From positions 372,001-436,000 of the forward strand of contig NW_027590143.1 in the NCBI RefSeq assembly GCF_964213995.1: DNA of 64,000 nt, written 5' to 3'. The notes beneath the pieces were generated by a model. It was not told where the DNA came from, made no database searches, and worked only from the letters and a program-made list of their open reading frames with translations. The first letter of the stretch is position 1. Each line of letters starts with the position of its first letter. The DNA comes from Mustelus asterias (Eukaryota). This document shows positions 10,862-24,880 of the stretch, piece by piece. The position numbers and the translations under genes are program-made.

Positions 10862-11760
10862 GTTTTGATTCTTCGTTAATTGAATAATTGTTTTAATCGG
10901 ATATTTCACCGCGATTCTGATCTGCTCCCTGAATTTGGATTGAGTCACCGCGTAAATAAATGTGTTTGTGCAGCAATTTATATCCTGCAGCATATATCCG
11001 ACTTGTTGAAATGTATATTCAGGAATAGTGAGGTAAATTAATCCTTTCACTTTCAAATAGATAAAATATACAACAGACACCGACCAGAGGAGAATGAAAG
11101 CTCCGGATATGCTGAAGAGTAAAATCATTGACTTCCTTCTGCTCTCCATCTCGGGGTCTCTGCGATTCTCTCCCTGACTCTGAGCCCTCAGTCCCTTCCG
11201 GACTCGACTGGTCACCAAAATGTGACTGACTGTCAGAGCGTTAATCACCAGGATTAAACCGAATGGGAGCAATGGGGTTAAAACCTGATCAAACCAGGAA
11301 AATACAACCCAGCCGGGATCAGTGAAATAGTTTGCCTTTGTCTGACAGAACCACTGGACATTGTCGATTATCCTTCGAGGTTTATTTGTAAAGTACAGGG
11401 GGATGTTTTTCACAGAGAGCAGGATGCCGGTTGTTGCCAGAACCACAGCCGCGGTTTTCCCGGTGCAATATTTAGTTTTCAGTTTCTGGCAGCGAATGGC
11501 CACAAATCGATCAAAGGAGAAAGTGACAGTGAACCAGACTGAACAGTCTCTGGCTGCAAACAGCAGGACCTGTTTAACACCACACACAGGGGTGAGGGAC
11601 AGGAAATTCAGGGGGTAATAATAACCATTTATTATGGTGAGAATGGGGTTAAAGATGATGAACAGTAAATCCGCCGCTGCCATGGCCACCAGGTAGCGAG
11701 TGGTGCAGGTGGAGAGGCCACACTTTCCCCGACTCAGGATCGCAATTCCCAGTAAATTAA
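10859..11760 (-). CDS. GPR139-like class A GPCR no. 1, exon 2 (joins exon 1 at 23125-23059; 322 aa total)
   Basis: Acceptor tttttctctgacag with CTAAT branch motif; open 902-nt exon VNLLGIAILSRGKCGLS..YLVAMAAADLL..FSFDRFVAI..LLPFGLILVINALTV..NCCTNTFIY; 67+902=969 nt, in frame. Confidence 0.9.
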
Positions 11761-13724
11761 CTGTCAGAGAAAAAGGGATAAGAGCCGTGAAATTAGTGAG
11801 TAAACATTCTCCAAGTCTGATCTGACAGTAAGAAGAGGATTTCAGTATCAATCCAATGGGGTTCCGGGGGTGCTCGTGTTGTTGGAGGAGTTGTGTTAGA
11901 GATTAACATTGCAGATTGGAAAGTAGCCAATGTAACAACGCTGGTTAAGTAGGGACTGGGGGACAGGAAGCTGTGAATTATACATCTCTCACTTTGATGG
12001 TGCAAATCTGCAAATTCTGATCATTCAAATATTTCAGAGAGATTTGTTTTCACATCTGATCTGTTTGTGAGGATTAATTCAGACTGGATGGGATCCCAAT
12101 TAGACCCAAAGTGGACAGAGATAGAATCTGCAATTCCTTCCTGCACCCAATTATCAGAGCCCACTCCAGATTTACCACGTCTCTGGACTGGACAGCTGAT
12201 GGAGTTGGATGTCAATTCAGGATTTTTCTAGTTAACTTCCCCTCTTCAAATTTCCTCTCCATTCTTACTCTCCCCTGCAGCCTTCCTGCTTCTAATTTAC
12301 AGACTATGTCCTCTGTCTGTCTCTTTTTTTTCTTCTTCCTCTCCCTCTCTCTCTGCCCTCTCCTTTCCCTCCCTATCTATCTCTTGCGAAACTCTTCTTC
12401 TCTCCGACCAGCTTTATGCCACTGTATCTGGATTTCTCTCTCATCCAGTGCATTTCCATTCTTCATTCGAATTGTAGCTTTACCCCATATCTCCCTATCG
12501 CTCTCCAATTGTTCTCTCTCTCCTCCTGTTTCTCCCCATATCTCTCTATCTCACTCCAGTATTGCTCTCTCCATCTTGCTTTCTCCCCATTTCTGTTCAC
12601 CTCCCTCCAGAATCTCTGCCTCTCCCTTTCCAGTTTTCTTTGTGGGGCTTTGAAGCACAGCATGATCCCATGGGCAGCGCTGTGACCATATCCAGAGAGG
12701 ACAAAGTGGGCGGGGTGGTGGAGACATTTCATTCCCCCAGCCTCGTGCTTGGTGGAATCTCCACCCAGCCACTGAGCGCCATGTGAATTCTGAGTTTGGA
12801 TACATATCCACTCAGTGACAGAAAGAGATAAACTCCCCTCTTGAAACTGGGAACAAGCTGGGTCCGTTCCTTCGGTAGACTTTTTAAAATGAGCATCCCA
12901 GTCGTTACTAATTAATAAATTAATCAATTCATTGATTGGTTGATTTCTGTAAGTAAGGAATCTCATTGTTTCTGACTGAGGCTATTCTCCAGAGCCAGGG
13001 AGCTGGGCACTGACCCCTAACTGCAGACCCCCAGATAATATGATTCTTCCTGCCCCCTCACAGCAATATCATTTGTGGTTATTGGTAATGTGGGTCAGAA
13101 ATATTGCATCGCTCCTTTCAACACAGTGCACATGAGAGAGAGGGAAAGAAGCAGAGATATGGACAGAAATAGGAAGATAGAGAGAGTGATGGAGTAAGAG
13201 GTGGTGAGTGTAGTTGCAAAGACCTGGACCGAGATACGAACATCCATCTTTACAATGAGAGAGAGCGATAGTGGCAGGAGGAGAAAAGAGAAGGAGGGGG
13301 TGGAACAGAGAAAGAGGGAGGCCCGAAGTGAGTGGAAGGTCAAAGCAGAGGTGGGGATGGAGGGAGAGCATTTGAGAAAGAGAGACAGGGTGTGAGGGTT
13401 TCCACTGTGTAGACTCCAGCTGCAGCTCCACTCAAACGCTATCAGGTAGTCTGACTTGTGGAGAAACATCCTGGGAGGATTTAAAAAGTGTCCTGCAGGA
13501 ATCAGCAGCCGCTTCCCAAACTGAAAGAGGGAGTTGAGCATTTTCTCGAGACTGAGAGGGAACAGGGGGTGGGCAGTGTGCAGCAGGACTGGCATTTTAA
13601 TTCAGGTTTAGAAGATTCTCTTTCTGGATCGCTCTCTTTCTCCATTTCAATGTTTCTGTCTGATTGGAGGAAATGGAGGGAAGGAAAGAGTGAGAGAGAA
13701 TGATGAGAAGCAAGAATGAGAGGT

Positions 13725-14545
13725 ATAGAATAATAGAATCATAAAGTGCAGAAGAGGCACTTCGGCCCATCGAGTCGACACTGACACATTAGAAACACCT
13801 GAAATCCCACCTAACCCCATCTGACAGCACTCGGTCCATAATCCTGAATGTTATGATGTGGCAAGTGCTCATCCAGATACCTTTTAAAGGATGTGAGGCA
13901 ACTCGCCTCCACCACCCTCCCAGGCAGCACATTCCCGACCGTCACCGCCCTCTGGGTCGAAAATTATTTTCTCACATCCCCCTTAAACCTCCTTGCCCTC
14001 ACCGTGAACCGATGTCTCCTCGTGACTGACCCTTCAGATATGGGGAACAGTTGCTCCTTATCCAATCTGTCCATGTCCCTCATGATCTTGTACACATCGA
14101 TCAGGTCGCCCCTCAGTCTTCTCTGCTAAAATGTTAATATCGTTAAGATAACCCAACCTCTTTTTATAACATAGATCTTCCATCCAAGGCAGCATCTTGG
14201 TGAACCTCCTCGGCACCCCCTCCAGTGCAATCACATCCCTCCTATAATGTGGTGAATAGAACTGCACGCAATACTCTAGCTGGGGCCATACCAAAGTTCT
14301 ATACAACACCAACATTACTTCCCTGCTTTTGTAATCTATGCCTCGTTTGATAAAGGCAAGTGTCCCAAATGCCATTTTCACCACCCGATTAACTTACACT
14401 TCTGCTTTCAAAGATCTGTGGTCAAATACACCAAGATCACATTCTACCATAGATCTTCCGGGAGTCCGAACGTTCATTGAGTATTTCCTTATCAAATTCC
14501 TCCTTCCAAAGTGTATCAGCTCACACTTTTCAGGGGTATATTCCA
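13725..14545 (-). mobile_element. CR1 LINE 3' fragment, degenerate
   Basis: YRTLVWPQLEYCVQF; ATAGAATCATA tail at left end. Confidence 0.85.
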
Positions 14546-14619
14546 TTAAACAGTGTAAAAGACACGCCACACTGCTAACTGCACCTTGTGCAATCTTGCT
14601 GCGGAACTTGTTTTCAAAG

Positions 14620-15200
14620 GTTGTCTCAGTATTAAGAGAGTTACATTTTTCCAGGGAAGTGAAGGGAATTCTCCAGACTTGGGACAATGCACACAAACAG
14701 AGTGGTAGGTATGTGGGTTTTCTATTGGGTGCAGTGAGGAAAGGATCTCACAGAAGGTGTGCGGATGGAGGCAGGGGAATGTCTGTATCTCATTCGATTA
14801 GTTTCACAATGCAACTGCTGTGGGATCTTGCTGTGCATGCACTGTCCTGGGCTTTTGCCTGCCTAGCTTTAAATTGAGGGGTGATAGATATAGGACAGAT
14901 GTCAGAGGTAGGTTCTTCACTCAGAGAGTCGTAAGGGCGTGGAATGCCTGCAGCAGTAGTGCACTCGCCAACATTAAGCACATTTAAATGGTCATTGGAT
15001 AAACATGTGGATGATATTGGAATATTGTAGGTTAGATGGGCTTTAGATTGGTTTCACTGATCGGCGCAACATGGAGGGCCGAAGGGCCTGTACTGCGCTG
15101 TAATGTTCTATATTCTATGTTGTAACAATGATCATCCTCTTTGAAAATAGTTCACTAACTGTAAAGAAGGTTCCAAGGCCGTGAATATAAAAAAGCTTAA
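14620..15200 (+). mobile_element. Old DeuSINE/SacSINE-like remnant interrupted by a CR1 tail (about 14865-15121)
   Basis: CTGTGGGATCTTGCTGTGC motif typical of Deu-type SINE 3' parts; CR1 3' UTR GGGCCGAAGGGCCTGT and (TTCTATG) tail. Confidence 0.45.
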
Positions 15201-17449
15201 ACTTGAAAAATGGGACTGAGGGAGTTCATGAACACTTTCTGCAGCGGACGGAGGGGATATTCCGCTAATATCACATTTCTGCCTGTAGGATCTAACTGTG
15301 CCACAGGTATTCCGGCCTCAGTTTGTACAATAAAACAAGAAACACTCAAACACAAAAAACAATCATAAACTTTGAACTGAATTTTGAAACTGCCTCTGTG
15401 CTTTGGATCTTCCGGTGCACAATTTACATCAGAAATCTCGAAATTGACAGCAGTGAAGTCAGATTAAAAATTAATCTCATCACTCAAAATAATTCTTGAT
15501 GGCCTGGAATGAAAGTTCTTTAACTTGAAGCGGGTATAATTTTGGAATAAAAATGTCTGAGTCTGAGTGATAAATCGGAGCGTGAAATGAAATGCACAGG
15601 GATCCATCTGAATACAGTTTGTTGTGGTGCTGATTGTTGGCGCTCTCGCTCGATGTCTGGTGTGGCGAAGCTGAGTTTGTGAAGTGTGGTCCCTTTAAAA
15701 GCTGGTTTTGTGTCCCTTTAAAGTTGGACTTGTGTCAATGCTTGGAGGCTTAAAATGTAGGTACAGACAGAATACCAAGACTGCAAGATTTGTAGCAAAG
15801 ACCAAGCATCAAGGTTGCCTTTGTAACATGCTTTGCAGGCTCTTGAATTTTAAGTTCAGCCTAACTGTTCAAAGAAGACACTCAGCTATCAGGAAGCTAT
15901 CAAATGTTAATTCATTGTTGTGGACAAGATCAGATCAATCCTGGTGCAGGTAAATTCATAGACCATCACAGCTATAAAAACAGGAGATCAACTGCCTGCC
16001 TGCAGTTCATCTGAAGGGCTGCCACCTCTCAAAGCCGAGAGAGGGAAAGAGCAGCCCTCTCCAGCTTCGAATATCTCTTAATAGATTCAGCCTCTGTCTC
16101 ATGACTCTGCCTCTCTATCTGTGTCTCTGTATCACCATTGTATGGTTTGTGAGAGGGGAAGTGAGAGAGTGGGGAGAAAGGCTGAGGCAGGGTTGATGTT
16201 ACGGAGTGAGAGAGAAAAGGGAGGATCAGGTTAAACAGGGGGAGAGATAGCTGAACGTTGTGGAGTTGGGGTGGAGGGAAAAAGGCACAGGATTTGGGGT
16301 AGAGGTTTTCCTGTGTGCAGTCATTGCTGATGTCCCTGTCACACCTTTCCAGAAAGTGTGATGTTCAAACACTCCAATCCTGAGACAGCCTGTTTTGAAA
16401 TGTATCCTGAGGAAGTGAACAGTGTCTTCCCGATTGAGGTTTTAGCCACTTGCCGACTAGTTTGGGTGGTGTGGAAACATTGCTGCCCATGGGATCCTGC
16501 TGTGCATCAGTGACCTGCAGCATAATACAGAACTGCAACTGGTAATCACACAACTTAAATGGCAAATTAGCTCAGTGATGATAAAGCACATGGGAGGGAG
16601 CAGGGGCTAAAAATCAAACCTCCGGCCTTGATAAAGGCTTGTTCTCAATCCCTGTGTCCTGTTTGCATTTTTAGACAGAGTGGTGCGAGTTGGAGGATTT
16701 ATTATTTTTTGAGCGAGTGGGTAGGGAAGGCATTCAATATCTCAGCCTCTGTAACCATAACGTTTCCTCTCTCTCTCTCCATCCATTTGCTTCAATGTTG
16801 CAACCTGTAATTAATGTAAAATAAAATCCCTTTGCGTTTTGTTTCATTGTTGTGGGGTGCATGAGAGGTGTGCGGATGGGACAGAAGGTGAGGACCAGTG
16901 GTTCACTTTTCCCTCTTGCCCCTTCCATCTGTGTGTGAGATGTTTTGGGGCTGGAAAGGACAGATTTGTTTCACTGGGGTGGGGAGAATCCTGTTCTTTG
17001 GTCCCAAGGTTTATTGAATCCTCTGTGACTAGGCCTCAATTCAGGGCATAATCTCAGGGACCTCAGGATGCCTTTTCCATTCGCTTCATTCCATACAGTG
17101 ACTGTGTTCAATTTTATGAGACCAATCGTTAAATAAAACTGCAGCAGCCACGTCAATTCATTCCACTCAGGATGCAAATGTCGGTTTTCCCACTCTCTCA
17201 CCCAACGTTCTCGTTAGATTGTGTTACCTGTGAGGGAGAGAGAGAAAAAGAGGAGGATATAAGAGAGAGAAAGAGAGAGAGAGAGAAGCCCGAGAGGAAG
17301 GGTGAGGTGAGAAGATAAATTGTCGTGGATGGGGGCGGAGGGAGGGGGGGGGGGCGGAGTGCGGGGGCGGGAGGGGGGGGGGGTGGGGGACGTGGTTAGG
17401 GCGCCCTCCACTGTTTCATTCCAGCCGAGCCCCCCAGTCACTGAAACAT

Positions 17450-18110
17450 ATAAACTAGAAGCATGAGTAGGAGCCTGCGCCGCCATTCATTTTTATTGTG
17501 GCTGAACATCAAATTTAATGTCTTGATTCATCCTTCCCCCATATCCTTTGATAGCTTTATCCCCGAGAGCTATATCTAATTTATTTTTGAAATCACAGAA
17601 CGCCTGTGAGTTCCACACATTCACCACCCTCTGACTGAAGAAATTTCTCCTGCCCTCAGTTCTAAAAATGTTTTCCCTTATCATCAAACTAAGACAGCTA
17701 GTCGTGGACTCCCCTACCATTCTTTCTGAATCGACCCTGTCTAATCCTGTCAGAATTTTATAAGTTTCTATGAGATTCCCTCTCATTATTCTGAATGCAT
17801 TTGCCTTAATAACTTTCTGTGGTTGTGAATTCCATACATTCACCACCCTCCGACTGAATAAATTTCTCTTCACCTCAGTTCGAAAAGGTTTGCCCCTCAT
17901 CCTAAATCTATGACCTCTAGTTCTTGACTCCCCCACCATTGGTAACATTCTTTCTGAATCGACCCTGCCTCATTCTGTGAGAATTTAATACGTTTCTATA
18001 AGGTCCCCTCTCACTCTACAAATTTCCATTGAATATAATCCCAACCAATCCAGGTGTGGCCTCACCAATGCTTTATAAATTGCAGCAAATCATCCCTATC
18101 CCTCAATAGG
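17450..18110 (-). mobile_element. CR1 3' fragment with about 220-bp internal tandem duplication
   Basis: ORF 17493-17948 repeats MVGES.T..FRTE..RN.FS.RVVNVWNSQ twice. Confidence 0.8.
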
Positions 18111-18224
18111 AATCATCGCGCTACAATTGTTTTTCAAATCTGGCTGCTCCCACATTACAGTGTGCTTGTGCAGGATGACCAGCAGGATTTCTGAAATGAT
18201 ACAGGAACATTTTATTTTCCTCAG

Positions 18225-18597
18225 AGCCCTTCTAACCCTCCTGCTGCTGACCTTAATCTACACACCTTGGACATTGACCCCTCTGCTAAGGGGATAAAAT
18301 TTCTTCTTAATTATCCTATCTACATTCCTCTTACTTTTGTACACGTCAGTGGCGACCACGCTCGGTGTTCACTGTGTTAAGGAAAGCAACCCGAGCCTAA
18401 CCAGACTGTCTTCACTGCTGAAAAACTGCAGCCCAGGTAACATCCTGGTGAATCTCCTTTGCATTCCTTCCGGACCAATCACATCCTCCTCGTGAGGCCA
18501 TAGTACTCCTCAGAGTACTCTTGCTGAAGACAAATGAGCGTTTCATACAGCTCCATCATGACCTCCCTGCTCCTATCTTCTACACTTCGACTAATAA
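18225..18597 (-). mobile_element. Old CR1 fragment, host of the young CR1; continues at 21341-21370
   Basis: Antisense reading EDRSREVMMELYETLICLQQEYS; sequence resumes after the TSD. Confidence 0.7.
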
Positions 18598-21333
18598 TGC
18601 AGGTCCCGGGGTTCAAATGTTTTAGTCGAAGTAGGGAAGGAGGTAGAAGAGGGGGAGGGGTAGCATTATTGGTCAGAGATTGTATCACAGTGTCAGAGAG
18701 GAGGTTTGATGAGGACTTATCTGTTGAGGTAGTATGGGCGGAGATTAGAAATAGGAGAGGAGAGGTCAACCTGTTGGGAGTCTTTTATAGACCTCCTAAA
18801 AGTTCGAGAGAGGTTGAGGAAAGGATTGCGGAGTCAATCCTGCTTAGGAGTGAAAGTAATAGGGCAATTGTTATGGGGGATTTTAACTTGACTAATATTG
18901 ACTGGAATTGTTATAGCTCTAGCTCGTTAGAGGGGTCAGTTTTTGTTCAAAGCGTGCAGGAAGGTTTTTTGACTCAGTATGTAGACAGGCCAACTAGAGG
19001 TGAGGCTATATTGGATCTGGTGCTGGGAAATGAGCCAGACCAGGTGCTAGACTTGGAAGTTGGTGTGCATTTTGGTGATAGTGACCACAATTCGGTTACG
19101 TTCACCTTAGTGATGGAAAGGGATAGGCATGAACCTCGGGCCAGTGGTTTTAGCTGGGGGAAGGGTAATTATGAGGCTATTAGGAGAGAATTAGGAAACA
19201 TAGGTTGGACTAGGAGATTACAGGGACTGGGAACGTCCGACATGTGGAGTTTTTTCAAGGAGCAGCTACTGCGAGTCTGTGATAGGTATGTCCCTGTCAG
19301 GCAAGGAGGAATTGGTAGGGCTAGGGAACCGTGGTGCACCAAAAAAGTTTCTTTGTTGGTTAAAAAGAAAAAGGAGGCTTATGTTCGGATGAGACGTGAG
19401 CACTCGGGTAGTGCACTAGAAAGCTTTAGATTGGCTAAGAGGGAGTTGAAGAGCGAGCTTAGAAGGGCTAAAAGGGGACATGAGAAGACTTTGGCGGATA
19501 GGGTTAAAGAGAATCCTAAGGCGTTCTATAGGTATGTCAAGAACAGAAGGTTGGTTAGGGCAAGTTTAGGGCCAGTTATAGATGGCAGAGGGAAGTTATG
19601 TGTGGAACCGGAGGAGATTGGTGAAGCATTGAACCAATATTTCTCTTCGGTGTTCACGCAAGGGGACATGAATATAGCTGAGGAGGACACTGGGTTGCAA
19701 GGGAGTAGAATAGACAGTATTACAGTTGATAAGGAGGATGTGCAGGATATTCTGGAGGGTCTGAAAATAGATAAATCCCCTGGTCCGGATGGGATTTATC
19801 CAAGGATTCTCTGGGAGGCAAGAGAAGTGATTGCAGAGCCTCTGGCTCTGATCTTCAGGTCGTCGTTGGCCTCTGGTATAGTACCAGAAGATTGGAGGTT
19901 AGCGAATGTTGTCCCATTGTTTAAGAAGGGGAACAGAGACTTCCCCGGGAATTATAGACCGGTGAGTCTCACTTCTGTTGTCGGCAAGATGTTGGAAAAA
20001 ATTATAAGGGATAGGATTTATAGTTATTTGGAGAGTAATGAATTGATAGGTGATAGTCAGCATGGTTTTGTGGCAGGTAGGTCGTGCCTTACTAACCTTA
20101 TTGAGTTTTTTGAGAAAGTGACCAAGGAGGTGGATGGGGGCAAGGCAGTGGACGTGGTATATATGGATTTTAGTAAGGCGTTTGATAAGGTTCACCATGG
20201 TAGGCTTCTGCAGAAAATGCAGATGTATGGGATTGGGGGTGATCTAGGAAATTGGATCAGGAATTGGCTAGCGGATAGGAAACAGAGGGTGGTGGTTGAT
20301 AGTAAATATTCATCATGGAGTGCGGTTACAAGTGGTGTACCTCAGGGATCTGTTTTGGGGCCACTGCTGTTTGTAATATTTATTAATGATCTGGATGAGG
20401 GTATAGTTGGGTGGATTAGCAAATTTGCTGATGACACCAAAGTCGGTGGTGTGGTAGACAGTGAGGAAGGGTGTCGTAGTTTGCAGGAAGACTTAGACAG
20501 GTTGCAAAGTTGGGCCGAGAGGTGGCGGATGGAGTTTAATGCGGAGAAGTGTGAGGTAATTCACTTTGGTAGGAATAACAGATGTGTTGAGTATAGGGCT
20601 AACGGGAGGACTTTGAATAGTGTGGAGGAGCAGAGGGATCTAGGTGTATGTGTGCATAGATCCCTGAAAGTTGGGAATCAAGTAGATAAGGTTGTTAAGA
20701 AGGCATATGGTGTCTTGGCGTTTATTGGTAGGGGGATTGAATTTAGGAGTCGTAGCGTTATGTTGCAACTGTACACAACTCTGGTGCGGCCGCACTTGGA
20801 GTACTGTGTGCAGTTCTGGTCCCCACATTACAGGAAGGATGTGGAGGCTTTGGAGAGGGTGCAGAGGAGGTTTACCAGGATGTTGCCTGGTATGGAGGGG
20901 AGATCCTATGAGGAGAGGCTGAGGGATTTGGGATTGTTTTCGCTGGAAAGGCGGCGGCTAAGAGGGGATCTTATTGAAACATATAAGATGATTAGAGGTT
21001 TAGATAGGGTGGATAGTGATAGCCTTTTTCCTCTGATGGAGAAATCCAGCACGAGGGGGCATGGCTTTAAATTGAGGGGGGGTAGTTATAGAACCGATGT
21101 CAGGGGTAGGTTCTTTACCCAGAGGGTGGTGAGGGATTGGAATGCCCTGCCAGCATCAGTAGTAAATGCGCCTAGTTTGGGGGCGTTTAAGAGATCCGTA
21201 GATAGGTTCATGGACGAAAAGAAATTGGTTTAGGTTGGAGGGTCACAGTTTTTTTTTTTAACTGGTCGGTGCAACATCGTGGGCCGAAGGGCCTGTTCTG
21301 CGCTGTAATGTTCTATGTTCTATGTTCTATGTT
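18598..21333 (+). mobile_element. Young 5'-truncated CR1/HER1 LINE with uninterrupted ORF2 (partial APE endonuclease plus RT)
   Basis: ORF open to 21233: [51 protein letters not shown]; (GTTCTAT)n tail; TSD CTAATAA 18591-18597 and 21334-21340. Confidence 0.97.
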
Positions 21334-23058
21334 CTAATAAAGAAAATTGTCATGCCTGCCTTCTTAAGCAGCAGATCATCAGGAGTTACCCACTGGAATG
21401 GAAACCAAAAGAAGGTTTATGTCTATTTTCTTGAGTTTAAACTGAAATTAATTTTTAAAAATCCAAAGAGCCGTTGTCCAGTCACAACTTCAACATAAAA
21501 ATAAATAAATGAATTAACTTGAAAAGAGTAAAAAAATACGTTCAGTAACACATGCTGTAATAAAGAGCATTCAGCACATATTCCAAAACTAAGATCATTC
21601 TTGACAGATTTCATTGAAGAATTTTAACAATGATCAGGAATGTTGATGTCCGACACATGGCGTTTCTAGATGCCTTCAGTAAGTTAATACTTAACAGACT
21701 CATGAGTAATCTCATTTCAAGTGGAGTTAGAGGAACAGCAGCAGAATGACTAGAAGTTGGCTACAAAGACGCAACATCGGGAGTAGGAGTTAAAGGGATT
21801 TTCTCTGATTGCTGGAAGGTGGGAAGTGGTTTTCCACAAGGATCAGCGCTGGGATCACTGTCCTTCACCATTTACATCAACAACATGGAATCAGGAAGCA
21901 AAATTATAATTTCAAAATTTATAAACCAATCCAAACTGAGAGTGAGAATGACCAGAGTGGAAGAATAGACCGAAACACAATAACACATTAATAATAAATT
22001 ATGAAGTTGCAAATTAGGTATTAGAATTGGAAATTAATTTCACCACAGCTCAGTGTCAGGTTCTGCATTCTGATCAGAACAGTAAGTTTCCCAATCACTC
22101 TATAGAAATCAAATATCCCAATGCTTTCGAGGAGTTTAGGGCTTCAGTTGATCAGATTCACAAATCGCTTTAAGAAGTAACACAGTTTAGACAGAACTAC
22201 AACAATCCAGAAAAAAAAACATAGGAGTTCATTAATAGATTAATGGAAACGTGAAGAAATCACAAATTGTTTGACAATTGCTGAATACTGCACGGTTTGT
22301 AATTGGTTGTTTAAATATCAGGAACTAGCTGAGACTTCTTTCTTTTCAATACAAAGCCGAGGTATGGAGAAATTTCACATCATACCCTGACCACAAAACA
22401 AAATCAAACTCTTCCTGTTTTCAACATATTCCAAAGATAAAGGACGGAGGCAGCTCCACAGGATGGACATCTCACTCACCAAATTAAATTGGTATATATT
22501 TAAAATTGAACCAACTTATGTCATTCCATTCTTTTCCTAAACACAATACAATTTTACATGGACAGATTGTGCCAGATAATAATGGAGACTTCAATCAGAT
22601 ATTCCACTCAGGTGAAAGAACAACAATCAGTACAATTATACACTGACAAATATACCCTGCAATACTTGTTCACTGGTGTCAGGTATTCTGCTCTGGTTAG
22701 TGATCCACATTCAAATTTCCATTATATTCTTACTCCCACTAAACATTATTTCAGAGAGATCACCTTCACTGAGGTCCAATCTTACAATAGATAAGATTGA
22801 GTAGTTCACGACTCAATAAATTAACTTCACTGAGTAGTGAACCCGTGAGTAACACAAAGTGGCTCATTGTCAGCTGATGAAAATGATTAAAACCACAGAG
22901 ATACTTCAGGCCATTTGATTTAAGTAAATTACATTGTTCACCTGGTGTCTTTATAACAGTGACCACGACATCAGCATGGAGCATTTTCAGTCAGAATTTA
23001 AAATCAGAGAGCCGTTCACACACAGATTTACACAACCTCAATGGTTATAGTCACTCAC

Positions 23059-23125
23059 CGGGAACACCTATAATGGCGATGATTGGGTAGAATATTTTCA
23101 CAGCTATCTGAACTGGATACAGCAT
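23059..23125 (-). CDS. GPR139-like GPCR no. 1, exon 1
   Basis: ATG at 23125, MLYPVQIAVKIFYPIIAIIGVP plus 1 nt, then GTGAGT donor; phase 1 matches exon 2; TATA-like elements at 23190-23196 and 23213-23218. Confidence 0.85.
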
Positions 23126-24104
23126 TTTCAGCGTGAAGTGATGTGTCCCTTCGAGCTGCTGGCAGTCTCTCTGACTTTCACATCTGACGTTATATATTCC
23201 CAAAGCCTTTAATTTATACACTGTAAAGTCACCTTAGGGACATTCTGGCAGCAACTTGGTTTGAAGTTTAAAAAAAAATATATGAACAAACAGATTACGA
23301 CATTGATTTCAGTGATGGAAAATATTTATTTTTAAAATTGACTTACTTCTTTCCAAACACTGGATTCTATTGATCACATTTATCAACTAATTACAAGTGG
23401 AAAGATGCTGTCCACTCAAACACCATCAGTCCCATCTCTAGATCTCAGATAGCTTCAGTTATATCTGTCACTGGACTGTGACATTTCAGTAATTGAGTTT
23501 CAATTGTTACCGTGTCTCTCTGTTTGATCTTTAACTGTGCACATTCTGTGATGTGATTTAAGTGGGTTAGAGTTTCGCATAAATTGCAAAATTCTGTTGA
23601 TCAATAACTTGGAACTATTTAGTCTGCAAATAAATTTGTTTTTTGTACCGAAATCTAATGAAGCTTCTCAAACTGAGAAAATATTCGGAAACAATGGGAC
23701 ATCTCAGAAAAATCAGGCCCTGCAGCTGATACAAACACATAATCTCTTAGAGCAGTAAAATAACAGATTTAACTGTGACAAGCTGTGCACAGGCTCCAAA
23801 TGACACTGGACCCACATCTGATACAGTGTTCAGAAACGTGCTCAGATGTGGAAGGAGAGGGATGAGCACGAGGGAGAGGGACGAATTGTGGGATGGGATG
23901 AATCTCGAAAGGGTGCGAGGCTGGGAAAATGAATGGATAAGAGTGCGAGAGGAAGACTCTGAGCGAGTGACAGTCAAAAAGAGGAAGACAGAAGGATAGA
24001 TGGGGCGGGAGTGAGGGCGTCATGATGGGGGAAGCAGTTATTGTAAGAGGAATGGTGTTTATAACAGTAACTTAACTGAGAGAGAAGTCAGCTCCGCTGG
24101 CAAT

Positions 24105-24880
24105 GGGGAGAGGTTGAATAAACCAGGATTGTTTTCACTGGAAATATGGAGGCTGAGGGAAAACCTGATAGAGGTCTACAAAATTGTGAGAGGCACAGAC
24201 AGGGTGGATAGTCAGAGGCTTTTCTCCAAAGGTGAAAGTGTCAATTACAAGGGGGAAGTCGTTCCAAATTCAGGAGGTAATGTTAAAGGCGATGTGCGGG
24301 GGATGTTTTTCACACAGAGAGTGTCAGTGCCTGGAATGCGCTGCCAGAGGAGGAATCAGGCATATGAGCAACTTTTAAGAGGCATCTGGATGGATCCATT
24401 GATAGGAGGTAAGAGGGATATAGACCGAGTAAGCACAGCAGGTTTTTTTTTAAAATAAGGCATCATGATCAGCGGAGGTTTGGAGGGTCATAGAATCATA
24501 GAAACCCTACAGCACAGAAAGAGGCCATCCTGCCCATCCAGTCTGCACTGACCACAATCCCACCCAGGCCCTTCCCCCCACATATTTACCTACTAATCCC
24601 TCTAACCTACGCATCTCAGGACACTAAGGGCAATTTTAGCATGGCCAATTAACCAAACCCGCACATCGTTGGACTGTGGGAGGAAACCAGAGCACCCAGA
24701 GGAAACTCACGCAGACGCGCAAAGAATGTGCAAATTCCACTCTGACAGTGACACACGCAGGGAATCGAACCCCGGTCCCTGGAGCTATGAAGCTGCAGTG
24801 CTAACCACTGTGCTACCGTGCCGCCCAAGTTCGGAGGGCCTGTTCCTGTGCTGTCCATTTCTTTGCCCTTTGTTCTTTGA
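24105..24880 (+). mobile_element. CR1 3' fragment with an antisense full-length V-SINE (about 24489-24826) in its tail
   Basis: GLFSLE.WRLRENLIEVYK; SINE head GGGCGGCACGGTAGCACAGTGG on minus; CR1 tail resumes GGAGGGCCTGTTCCTG. Confidence 0.85.

Noticed and set aside
11761-11851. ORF-track N-terminus of GPCR no. 1 (likewise 48776-48845 for no. 2)
   Set aside because: Intronic read-through upstream of a canonical acceptor; true first exons were found.
12111-13703. Ser/Leu-rich ORFs
   Set aside because: Low-complexity CT/GA tracts.
15660-16100. Possible solo LTR (TATAAAA near 15974)
   Set aside because: No second LTR, TSD, primer-binding site or gag/pol seen; not supportable.
17172-17179. ATGCAAAT octamer as an Ig promoter
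   Set aside because: No leader or V exon follows; one 8-mer in 64 kb is expected by chance.
18534-18597. Start of the 899-aa ORF as a full-length LINE ORF2
   Set aside because: Derived from the antisense older CR1 upstream of the TSD; the element is 5'-truncated. The same applies to 39811-39897.
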